From: Octopus bimaculoides
Lineage: Eukaryota
Length of the DNA: 64,000 nucleotides
Assembly: GCF_001194135.2 (NCBI RefSeq)
Contig: NC_068981.1
Span: 35,673,757 to 35,737,756, forward strand
Reading direction: 5' to 3'
Shown here: positions 26,659 to 37,068 of the stretch, in pieces
Numbering within the stretch: position 1 is the stretch's first letter
How the letters are laid out: each line of letters begins with the position of its first letter
Position numbers and translations under genes: made by a program
Notes under the pieces: model-generated
The model's database searches: none
Seen by the model: only the letters and a program-made list of their open reading frames with translations
What the model was told of the DNA's origin: nothing

Positions 26659-28854
26659 GGCCCATCAGGAATCACCGCTGAGATGCTTAAAATATCGAGT
26701 GGTGTGAGTTATGATCTTGACACCTGCATTGTAGATTAGGTAGTCCATGAAAGAGTCATCCCCAATGACTGGAGTAGCAGCACCGTAGTCAACTGCTACA
26801 AAGATAAAGGTGATGCTTTAGATAGAAATAACTACAGGGGTATCAAATTATTGGATCAGGTGATGAAAGTTACAGAGAGGGTCATAGCCCAACTAATTAG
26901 GGAGAGAGTTAACCTAGATGAGATGCAGTTTGTTTTTGTGCCAGGTAGAAGCACCACTGATGCTGTATTTTTGATAAGGCAACTGCAGGAGAAATATCTA
27001 GCCAAGATAAACCTCTGCACATAGCTTTTTTTGACTTGGAGAAAGCCTTTGACAGGGTCCCCCGATCTGGTAGTCAATGTGGAAACTTTGGGATAGATGG
27101 GTGGTTGGTAAGAGCTGTAGAAGCCCTGTACAGGGATGCTGTCAGAAGAATTCTGGGTAGAAGTAGGGGTTCACCAAGGATTAGTCCTCAGTCCCCTCTT
27201 ATTTATCATAGTCTTCCAGGCAATAACAGAGGAATTCAAGATAGGCTGCCCCTGGGAGCTCCTCTATGCTGATGACCTTGCTCTAATAGCTGAGTCACTG
27301 CCAGAACTAGAGACAAAGTCTAGGGTGTGGAAGCAAGGTCTAGAATCGAAGGGCTTTAGGGTTAACCTAGCAAAAGCCAAAGTCTTAGTAAGTTGAAAGG
27401 CTGACAAATCACAAACCCCTTCAGGTAGACGGCCCTGCTCGATCTGTAGAAAAGGCATGGATAGAAACTCCAGATGATGTACCTGGTGTAAACTATGGAC
27501 ACATAAAAGGTGCAGCAATATCAAAGGAAGGTTAACCGGGAAGATAATTTTTGTGTATGACAGATACACAGGTGCAATAAACACTGAAGATGTACAGAAA
27601 ACAGATTCCATCACGTTTCCATTCCAAGGGGGAAAACTAGAAGTAGTCAATAGCTTCCACTACCTAGGCGACCAAGTTTGTAGTGTGTAGCAGCTAGAAT
27701 AAGAATAGCCTGGGCAAAGTTCAGGGAGCTCCTACCTCTGCTGGCAACTAAGGGCCTCGCTCAGGAAGAAAGGTAGACTGTATGATGCACATGTGTGAAC
27801 TGTCATGCTGCACAGCAGTGAAATATGGGCTATGACTGCTGAGAACATGCAGAAAGAAATGAAGCTAGTATGATCTGCTGGATGTGTAATGTCAGTGTAC
27901 ATACGCGACAGAGTGTGTGTCCTGAGAGAAAAGTTGGACATGAGAAGCATCAAATGTAGTGTGCAAGAGAGATGACTGCACTAGTATGGTCATGTATTAT
28001 GTATGAATGAGGACAGCTGTGTGAGGAAGTGCCACACCCTAACTGCGGAAAGAACCTGTGGAAGAGGTAGACCCAGGAAGACATGGGATGAGGTGGTGAA
28101 GCATGACCTTTGAACGTTGGGCAAAGACAGGAGACTGAGGCCTTTGGAGATATGCTGTGATTGAGAAGACCCAGCAACTAAAGTAAGATCGCAGCCGATG
28201 CCAGTGATGCATGTCCAGCTCATTTAAGAGTACCCTTGATGTATTGGGTGATATGATATGTTTGAGAAGACCTGTTGATTCAAGTAAAACCAAAATTGTA
28301 GCTGTGGCCAGTACCCTCTGACTGGCTCCCTTTTCAGTGGCATGTAAAATGCATCATCTGAATGTAGTTGGTACCAGTATCCCCTGACTGGCTCCTGTGC
28401 TGGTGGCACATAAAAAGCACCATCTGAACATGGCCAATGCCAGTGCTCCCTGACTGGCCTCTGTGCTGGTGGCATGTAAAAAGCACCATCTGAACGTGAT
28501 CGATGCCAGGGCCACCTGACTAGTTCCTGTGCCAGTGACACATTAAAAACATCATCTGAATGTGACCGATTCCAGTGCCCCCTGACTGGCTCCCATACTG
28601 GTGATAGGTAAATAGCACTATCTGAATGCAATTGATGCCACGCCCGCCTGAATGGCTCCTGTGCTGGTGGCATGTAAAAAGCACCCACTACACTCTCAGA
28701 GTGGTTGGCATTAAGAAAGGCATCCAGCTGTAGAAACACTGCCAGATAAGATTGGAGCCTGGTGCAGCCACTAGCTTTCCAGACCTCAGTCAAACTGTCT
28801 AACCCATGCAAGTATGGAAAACGGACGTTAAACGATAATGATGATGATGATGAT
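26659..28854 (+). mobile_element. 5'-truncated RTE-clade LINE: RT pseudogene, 3' UTR and (GAT)n tail
   Basis: Peptides include GPSGITAEMLK, NNYRGIKLLDQVMKVTERV, MQFVFVPGRSTTDAVFLIRQLQEKY, DLEKAFDRVP, VGVHQGLVLSPLLF, LLYADDLAL, VNLAKAKV, FHYLGD and GRGRPRKTWDEVVKHDL. There are several stops and frameshifts. Confidence 0.93.
28308..28687 (+). repeat. 66-bp tandem array (about 5.7 units) in the RTE 3' UTR
   Basis: Unit starts (ccag/ccac) fall at 28308, 28374, 28440, 28506, 28572 and 28638, exactly 66 bp apart. Confidence 0.9.
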
Positions 28855-29845
28855 ATATATATATCCATATATCTATGCTTGTGACTGTACATACATACAT
28901 ACACACACACACATATACATATATGCATAAAACAACTATCATCATCATTTTATATCTACTTTTCTATGCTTACATGGGTTGAACTTGATTTGTTGGCACA
29001 GATTTTCTGCAGCTGGATGCCCTTCCTCTCATTAGCACTCAAATGTTTCCAAGCAAGATAATATTTCTCCATGGTCAGACATATTTTCGAGGAAGATTGA
29101 AAATGAAAAATACCACTTGTATGAAGGTGGCATTCATTTACAACTACCATGCAATGTCAAAACAAGGGGACACTAACACACATATACATACTTATATATA
29201 TCCAAAAGACTCTTTACAGTTTCTGTCTACCAAATCTAATCACATGGCTTTGGTTGGACCAGAGCTCTAAATAGAAGACACTTGCCTAAAGTGCCACATA
29301 GACTGAACCTAAAACCATGTGGTTGGATAGCAAACTCCTCAACCACACAAAGTATTTGATATTGTTTTTGTTGTTTAACATCAGGTGAGCCTTAAATGAA
29401 AATAGCCTAGCCTTGTAAATACATATAGCATTTCATTGTTTTACTAAGGAAAGCATAAAATTGTACGAGACACTCCTGTATCAGAAATCGGTATCAACTA
29501 ATGGATATATAAATGTGTGTTAATTCAGATTACAAATACTCATAAATATAAGTTTTCTGTAAATAGCTTCGTTTAGCCAACCATACACTTCATTACAGTC
29601 AGAAGACAAACAAGGCTGGATGTACAACACATTTGAGTATGGGTTTCCAATTCTGGTTACTACTTGTATGTGTGTGCCTATAATATATACAATAATATGT
29701 ATATGTTGAAGTATATATGTATGTATATGGAAGTGAACTATATATACATATATATATATACACATACGTATATACATACACATATATATACATACATATA
29801 TCTATATATATATACACACATATACATATATATATGCATATAACT

Positions 29846-29876
<31 letters not shown>

Positions 29877-29899
29877 TATATGCATACAACTACATATAT

Positions 29900-29945
<46 letters not shown>

Positions 29946-30475
29946 ACTACATATATCATATATATATATTTGTATTTATGTATACATATATAATGCATGC
30001 AATGTATTTACATATATTGCATACACAGTCAAACAGAAACATGTTTCATACATATATCCACATTGTAACAGCAAACTGCAATACTTGTGCATGATTACAC
30101 ATACTAAACTATGTGTTTACTTATTTATGTGCATAGTCAAATATGGGCATGCATATATGCATGAGTCTATACAAGTGTATAAACTTTTATGTAAATTCAT
30201 CTATCTACTCATTAACTAACTATTGGTGTGTGTATTGCGTGCTCTCTGTGTATCTAATTGTCTAAGAGTATATGTGTCTGTTCATACACCATTTAAATAA
30301 ATAAAATGTGCAAACACAGGAACATACATCACTGAATAAGCCTATAAATGTATATGAATATGACTGACAACTGTTAATATGTCCACATATAAATGTAAAC
30401 ATAGATTCTTGTGTACATACACACACTATACTCACATACATTCATATGAGTATGAGTGTATGCATGTATGTATAC

Positions 30476-30512
<37 letters not shown>

Positions 30513-30734
30513 GTTTAACAGCCGTCTTCCATGCACATACATACACAGACACACATATTGTACTCATATCCATGTATGTATGATATATAAACATATATGT
30601 TCAAGCATAAATACATGCATGTATATATATATATATATGTGTGTGCGTGTGTGTGTATAGTGTGTGTGCATATATATATGTATATATGCATATACACAAA
30701 TGTATATGTATATACATATGTATATATATGTTTG

Positions 30735-30765
<31 letters not shown>

Positions 30766-32004
30766 CTCTATATATATATGTACATGCACACACAAATACA
30801 TAAATGCATAATATATATATATATATANNNNNNNNNNNNNNNNNNNNNNNNNNNNNNNNNNNNNNNNNNNNNNNNNNNNNNNNNNNNNNNNNNNNNNNNN
30901 NNNNNNNNNNNNNNNNNNNNNNNNNNNNNNNNNNNNNNNNNNNNNNNNNNNNNNNNNNNNNNNNNNNNNNNNNNNNNNNNNNNNNNNNNNNNNNNNNNNN
31001 NNNNNNNNNNNNNNNNNNNNNNNNNNNNNNNNNNNNNNNNNNNNNNNNNNNNNNNNNNNNNNNNNNNNNNNNNNNNNNNNNNNNNNNNNNNNNNNNNNNN
31101 NNNTATATATATATATATACAAATATATATATATATTTATTTGGCACATACATTTTTTGCCCAATTTTCTCTCTCTGCTTAAGTAATTATTGTTGAGTTG
31201 TTGAGTATTTTGTAGATTATCCTATTTTTTATTTTTGTTTTTATTCTGATGACTGGTGAATATAATTATCGAAAATTATAGGAAACAATGACTTTCCCTT
31301 TGTTACTGAGGGAATGCTTTGGAGAGAATACATTGTTATAGTAATTTTAGGTAATAATATAACTTGGGAATAAAAACAACAACAACAACAACAAAAGCAC
31401 TCATATCACTCAAGCTCTTATATTTAGGATAGCATTTTGTGGATATGCTGGTGATGGGTTTTTGAGCTAATGCATAAATGGGGGAGGGACAGGTGGTTTC
31501 CCTCCCTATCATTCCACCTCCTAAATGAATAAATAAATCATAGAAAAATGAAATAAAAAGCTAAGCTAAAAGGAAAAATCAAAACAACACTTTATGTCAG
31601 TCAAATAAATATACATAAATAAATATGTATAGTCAATAGTTTTGTGTTAGGAACAGCAGTGGCTGGGGTGCTGATAATGATGGTCGGGTAGGATCAGAAT
31701 GGATGAGTGAATTGCAGGGATGATGGGGAAGGGGCATTTGTAGCGTGTAATTTTCTGTCAAGCACTGACTTTGTTGTGTCATTGTTATGTTATTAGTGAA
31801 GTTGACATGGTGAGGTTATATAACAAGCAAACATTTGACAGATGTATACTTAATGTTTAGTAACAACATATTAGATAAAGGTTAGATTCTCTTTACTCTT
31901 TAAGGACTGAATATTTATGAAACTTTGCTACTATGAAAATGTGAAAGAGATTTCCTCAACAGTTTTATGTATACTAAATGTGTGTGTATATGTATGTATG
32001 CAAG

Positions 32005-32182
32005 TATTTATTTCTTTATGTATGTATGTATGTATGTATGTATGTATGTATGTATGTATGTATGTATGTATGTATGTGTGCATGTATGTATGTGTATGTG
32101 TATGTATGTTTTTATGAATGTATGTATGTATATACCTACCTAGCTAGCTAGCTAGCTAGCTAGCTACCTACCTACCCTACAC

Positions 32183-32269
<87 letters not shown>

Positions 32270-32290
32270 GTCTATCTATCTATCTATCTG
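32005..32290. repeat. Compound tetranucleotide microsatellite (TATG)n-(CCTA)-(GCTA)n-(CTAC)-(TGTC)n-(TATC)n
   Basis: Read directly from the sequence. Confidence 0.95.
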
Positions 32291-32367
32291 TTTATTTCAA
32301 AATGTAACCACATGTGAATCGTTGGCGATTTTCTTCCTCCGTCTTCCTTTCTATTGGACTTTCCTCT

Positions 32368-32402
32368 GTTTCTGAAGAAGAGTATTGCTCAAAACGTTAA
32401 AC
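32368..32402 (+). ncRNA. Degenerate minimal type I hammerhead ribozyme motif (Penelope-like terminal repeat)
   Basis: Sequence is GTTT-CTGAAGA-A-GAGT-att-GCTC-AAAAC-GTT-AAAC. Stem I is GTTT/AAAC, stem II is GAG(T)/GCTC and stem III has the palindromic ACGT. G12 is changed to A at a CpG. Confidence 0.6.
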
Positions 32403-32616
32403 CATATTTCTTTTCTTCCCAGAGCATCTGCTAATACTTTACATGTACCACGTCCTTGTGTTGTTGTGTTTTCTTTGTGTTTGTTGTTCTTTTCTTGGAT
32501 TTACTATATATATATATGTATGGTTATATACATATACATGTATATCTGTATGTATACACATGTGTATGTATTTATGTGTGTGAATACACCCCTCAGAAAC
32601 ACACAAGCATAGATAT

Positions 32617-32661
<45 letters not shown>

Positions 32662-32839
32662 TGTGTATTGGACGGCTATTCAGATGTACAGGCCAAAAGT
32701 GCATAGCCTCTTTTATGCTGGAGCTACATACAGCCTAATTTAGCCTGGTGGTATTGAAATGAAATAGAATGAAACAGGGGTAAAATTATAAACCTTTCTA
32801 TACTAGATACCCCAGGTAAGAAATTCCCATCAAATTGCT

Positions 32840-33180
32840 TTGGCCTATATAGGTACAATGATTTAGCATCTCCAGAAGTATGAATGGGTGCAACCTAAAC
32901 AGATTCAGGAAAGGTTTAATATATGCTCTCAGCGACATAGGGCTCAAGATTACTAGAGACCAGCCTAACTATAGTTAATTTCGTAAATGTTATGTTTGAT
33001 TTCTGCACATAAGCCATACTACAAACCAAGCAAAAAGTTGTTATACATCAATACAACTTCCTACCAACTGCCAATTGTCTTTAAAAACTTTGCAAAGGTT
33101 GTCAGTAGGAGAATCTAGAACCTATCCTCAAATAAAAATGTCTTCAATGCAGTGACCTCCTATTATATAACAATGGTCTA
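32840..33180 (+). mobile_element. Penelope-like element RT palm/thumb fossil
   Basis: Frameshifted peptides GLYRYNDLA, GLKIT, SLTIVNFVNVMFDF and KPYYKPSKKLLYINTTSYQLPIVFKNFAKVVSRRI*NLSSNKNVFNAVTSYY fit the PLE motifs GLYRDDGL, VNFLDVT, PY.KP...LYI...SNHP and ISRRIS.LSS. Confidence 0.8.
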
Positions 33181-33614
33181 ACAGACATGAGATTAAAGAC
33201 CACACAAGGAAAAAGTCACTTGGTTTGCCATCCTTTCTTCACCCAACATGAGCACCTACATGCTAAGAGCTTCCCTTAGGTTAGTGGATAGTCATTCTAG
33301 ACAGAACCACAGGCTGAGAAAATATTCAACAGACATCATTTAAGGCTATTATTCATCTGAGAAAATTTTAGTTATATTTCTATATGTACCACATATTTTA
33401 TATAATTTTCATATAAAATCAATAGATTTAAATATAGCTAAGTATTTTAAAAATAGATGAATACTCAAGATTAGTTATGTATGTATGTTATTTAGTTCCC
33501 CATAAGCTTGATAATTTAATTCTGTGAACAGACCTCATGGTTATTTGGTAATTGTAGAAGTTAATACATTATTAATTATCATAAAATATTAGAGAATTGC
33601 ATAGATATACATAC

Positions 33615-33745
33615 TTTATATCCTTTGAATTCTCCTTGTACTTGTCGTTCAGACATATTTACTGCTTCCCAGATAAAATGTACTTCGTGAGGTTGCATCT
33701 CAAAATGGGGATCGACACGGAAATCCTTTGGTCGATTTAGTGGCC
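33615..33745 (-). CDS. Internal coding exon of an L1CAM/neuroglian-like Ig-FN3 cell adhesion gene (N-terminal half of an FN3 domain)
   Basis: On the minus strand the acceptor is ttctttcatttttcag|GG and the donor is TATAAA|gtatgt. The 131 nt comprise 2 nt plus 43 codons (phase 1 in, phase 0 out) and read xPLNRPKDFRVDPHFEMQPHEVHFIWEAVNMSERQVQGEFKGYK. The pattern P..P..F, W..V, and (V)QG(E/H)FKGYK matches, from memory, the third FN3 repeat of neuroglian/NrCAM/L1 (Drosophila Nrg W.PVSEESVRGHFKGYK). Family assignment is recalled, so no gene symbol is given. Confidence 0.8.
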
Positions 33746-33989
33746 CTGAAAAATGAAAGAAATAGTCTTTATTGATGGAAAGTGAAAAAAGCAAGAAAGT
33801 ATTTGAACAAAGTATATTTCTTTATATGAAGAATTTAGTAAGTGAACAATACATTTTTTTGCATTCTAAATTTGTTGTCAAGTAAACCCACTTAGCTCTG
33901 GACAACCAGACCTGTAAATTATGATAGATCGCTGACCACGACATTCAAATTTTTTTTCTCCGTGTTTTTCTCCTTGTTTTTCTCCTTAT

Positions 33990-34026
33990 TCTTTCTGTTG
34001 AAGAGCGTAGCTTGAAATGTTAAAGA
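33990..34026 (+). ncRNA. Degenerate minimal type I hammerhead ribozyme motif (Penelope-like terminal repeat)
   Basis: Sequence is TCTTT-CTGTTGA-A-GAGC-gta-GCTT-GAAAT-GTT-AAAGA. Stem I TCTTT/AAAGA has 5 bp. Two C>T changes fall at CpGs and A6 is changed to T. Confidence 0.55.
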
Positions 34027-34114
34027 CTTTCTCTATTCCCGAGCGTTAAACTAATACATCCTTTTGTTGTTTACACCACCTGTCCTCGTCTGTTGTTGCC
34101 TTTTCTTAAATTCT

Positions 34115-34162
<48 letters not shown>

Positions 34163-35294
34163 TTGATAGCATATCATATAAATATATCATATATATATAT
34201 GTCATAAATATATAGTTGATTGCATGTATATATATAGTCGATTGCATATCATCAGCAGCTTGGTATTTCTACTCAATAAGGGGCTACAATTTTCTGTTGT
34301 TACCACCATGTTCATAGTCTAATTGATGAACACCTTGTTATCTTAAAGTATTGGAACCAAGAAAAGAAATCAGAAGAGAATCCAGTATATTATGTTTTTA
34401 AATTATTATATTATAATAAAAGACTTTAGAGGTGTGTGGACAATTTAATGGTTTGCAAGATATCACAAGTCCAATGCATTGGATACATCATGGTCTTATT
34501 TGATCCAGGACCTTCTTTTGTTCTAGATTCTTGTAACTTGTGACTGAATATTTAGGGTGCAATATGACTGACTAATTTCTGATTGGTACTCTGAAGAATG
34601 AATAAGCTTTATTGTGAGTTTTAGTTGGGATATAAGAGTGGAATTCAGATTTTGGGATTAGATGGAAGAATTATGTTATATTGTCTTTGTTCCTCAGAAA
34701 AAAGTTTGGAATGTATAGGAAAAAAAAAAACTGGAAAAAAACTGTGTATATCCAAAGAGTGGACCAAAGTGGTGATAAACAAGTAAATAAAGATATTTTG
34801 GTGGAGTTATTCAGCTGTTAAAAGAAACTAATGCCAAAGAAGCATTTCTAAAAACAAATATGATTTTTGAAAAACTATTTACATGTAAAATTCGGCATAC
34901 AGTCCAAATAATAAAACTAACAACAATAAAAAGCACAATTAAATATTGAAATAAATTATAATTTGTTAATTGAATGAAGCAACAAGAGGATTCAGAATGA
35001 AATATAATCATGAATAAGGAATTGTTAATTTTAATGGAGAAGAATTTTTGAAGACATAACTAAATAAACAAATTTGGTCAAAGTTAATTAGAAGTGAAGC
35101 TTAATGATGATAAAATACTGCTCACTATGTAGTAAATTGCATTAAAAAGCTTGTCTCTTGGGAAACCCTATGGATAATGAGAATTGAATTAATAACTGCT
35201 TTCTTCCCAAGAGTCTAGTCACTTGAGGATGAAAACCATAAATGTTTGCAATAAATTTAAAAAAAATAAATTCCTTCTCAGAAAGCAACAGTTC

Positions 35295-35438
35295 TTTCTT
35301 CTTTTTCTTCTTCTTCTTCTTCTTCTTCTTCTTCTTCTTCTTCTTCTTCTTCTTCTTCTTTCTTTTGTCTTCTGCTGCCTCCTCTCCTCAAACTCTGCCT
35401 TTGCTCCCTTCCTCTTCCTCCCTGTCTCCTTCTCCTCT

Positions 35439-35471
<33 letters not shown>

Positions 35472-35522
35472 TTCTTCTTCTTCTTCTTCTTCTTCTTCTT
35501 CTTCTTCTTCTTCTTCTTCTTC
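35295..35522. repeat. Compound trinucleotide microsatellite (TTC)n...(ATC)n(TTC)n
   Basis: Read directly. It produces the poly-L/F/S/R/M ORFs. Confidence 0.95.
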
Positions 35523-36512
35523 CACCTCCTATATTAGTTTTTCATTTAAAATTTAACAAATATTCTTCAAACTATTTATAGGCTCTGTCCAATATTGCTA
35601 GACATGAAAGTATATTTATAAATATATTTATAAATATCAAGACTAGTTTCAGTTTCACTGTTGCATATTGCTAGATAATGGTGCTTACAAAAGAAAATAG
35701 AATTCATATGAGGATTATGATGACGATGTCGATAATGATAACAATGACGATGGTGACAATCAATAAACATATTCTCAAAACACAAAAAAAACACAAGTTT
35801 ATTTCTGAATATTACTACACATCTAAATACAATTAGTTAAATTGAACAGATAACAAATCTTATTACAGAATAGAGACCACCCCAAGAGCTTGTAGCTAAT
35901 CCAATAGAATGGCCTGTAAGTGAAAACTTTCTGTTTAGAAATAGTATTGGACAATAACGATGATGTAGTGTAGTCAATAAGAAAACAAAGGAATCATGCA
36001 ATTTTCTCCATGTGGAAGTACCATCAAACTTTTTAATATAAGAACATACTGGAAGTAGTTCTAAATATCTTTGATTTAAAAAAGCAGTAGAATGATGGTA
36101 AATTTCTGGGGAGTCAAATTTATAGTCTGTAACAAAAGTTCAATTCCTGATTGAACTAGCTCACTTCATTTTATTGCACTTAATTTTTTTTTATGCTTGA
36201 AGTTTGTGGCCATAGTCAAAAGCTTGGGAAGAGAGATGTTTTTGCACTTTACATGCAATCAGAATCTTTGGTGATGACTAAGCAGCCATAAACAGAATCT
36301 TTCTTCTACATCTCATAAGAACTGTCATTTCTCTGGAAATTATATCTTTGTGAATGTTGGGCTTCCTTTCTGGAATATATATAATGCATATGACTTGCAT
36401 TATAAACATTTCTTGAGTTTTATGGTTTTGTCTTGCATAGAAATACTTCCTCTTCAGTTCTGTTTGAGGATCCCATTTTGAACTGATTTCCAGTCACAAA
36501 CACACACATACA

Positions 36513-36546
<34 letters not shown>

Positions 36547-36559
36547 TTAAGAAAGAAAA

Positions 36560-37068
36560 ATATGCAAAAATGCATTCTACATTACCTTAAAATAGTCAAA
36601 AGCAACAAACAACCCAAGTCTCTAAAGCAAATGCTAACAAATGCAAAATTACTTCCAGCTACAACCAACGCAAAAGTGAAAAAATGCAATCGCTCAAACT
36701 GTGGAACATGCCCCAACCTTTTGGAAGGGTCAGAATGTCATTTCAAACAAAGGCAACACTTTACAATCAAATCAGATTTCACTTGTGTGTCCGAAAATCT
36801 AATTTATGTGACCAGAAAGATTATGTCGGAAGTAAAGGAAATCCTATCTGCCACTGCTGTGTGGTGCACCAGCAACAAATAGCTTCACCACAATATCGCC
36901 AGATATATCTCAGCGAACATATTGACGTATATGCTAAACAATTGCAACCACAATTCTATATATTCCCATTGTACAAATTTGCTGACTGGATCTCAACATA
37001 AGCTCGTCTTAATAAAGAAGCCTCATTCATCCAGAAATATAAACCAGAGCTGAACATTAATTCATTTT
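36560..37068 (+). mobile_element. Penelope-like element C-terminal linker and GIY-YIG endonuclease fossil
   Basis: Peptides are KQPKSLKQMLTNAK, KCNRSNCGTC, FTIKSDFTCVSENLIYV, (frameshift) QKDYVG, VHQQQI, SEHID, FYIFPLYK and RLNKEASFIQKYKPELN. These give the Cys-rich linker, LIY/YVG and terminal E..FI....P.LN motifs. Confidence 0.88.

Noticed and set aside
28224-28928. 234-aa ORF as a host gene
   Set aside because: It is antisense to the RTE 3' UTR and explained by the 66-bp array plus microsatellites.
35845-36145. About 95-codon minus-strand open frame with AG/GT sites (YKFDSPEIYHH...)
   Set aside because: It exits in phase 0 while the real exon needs phase 1, and it shows no similarity to FN3.
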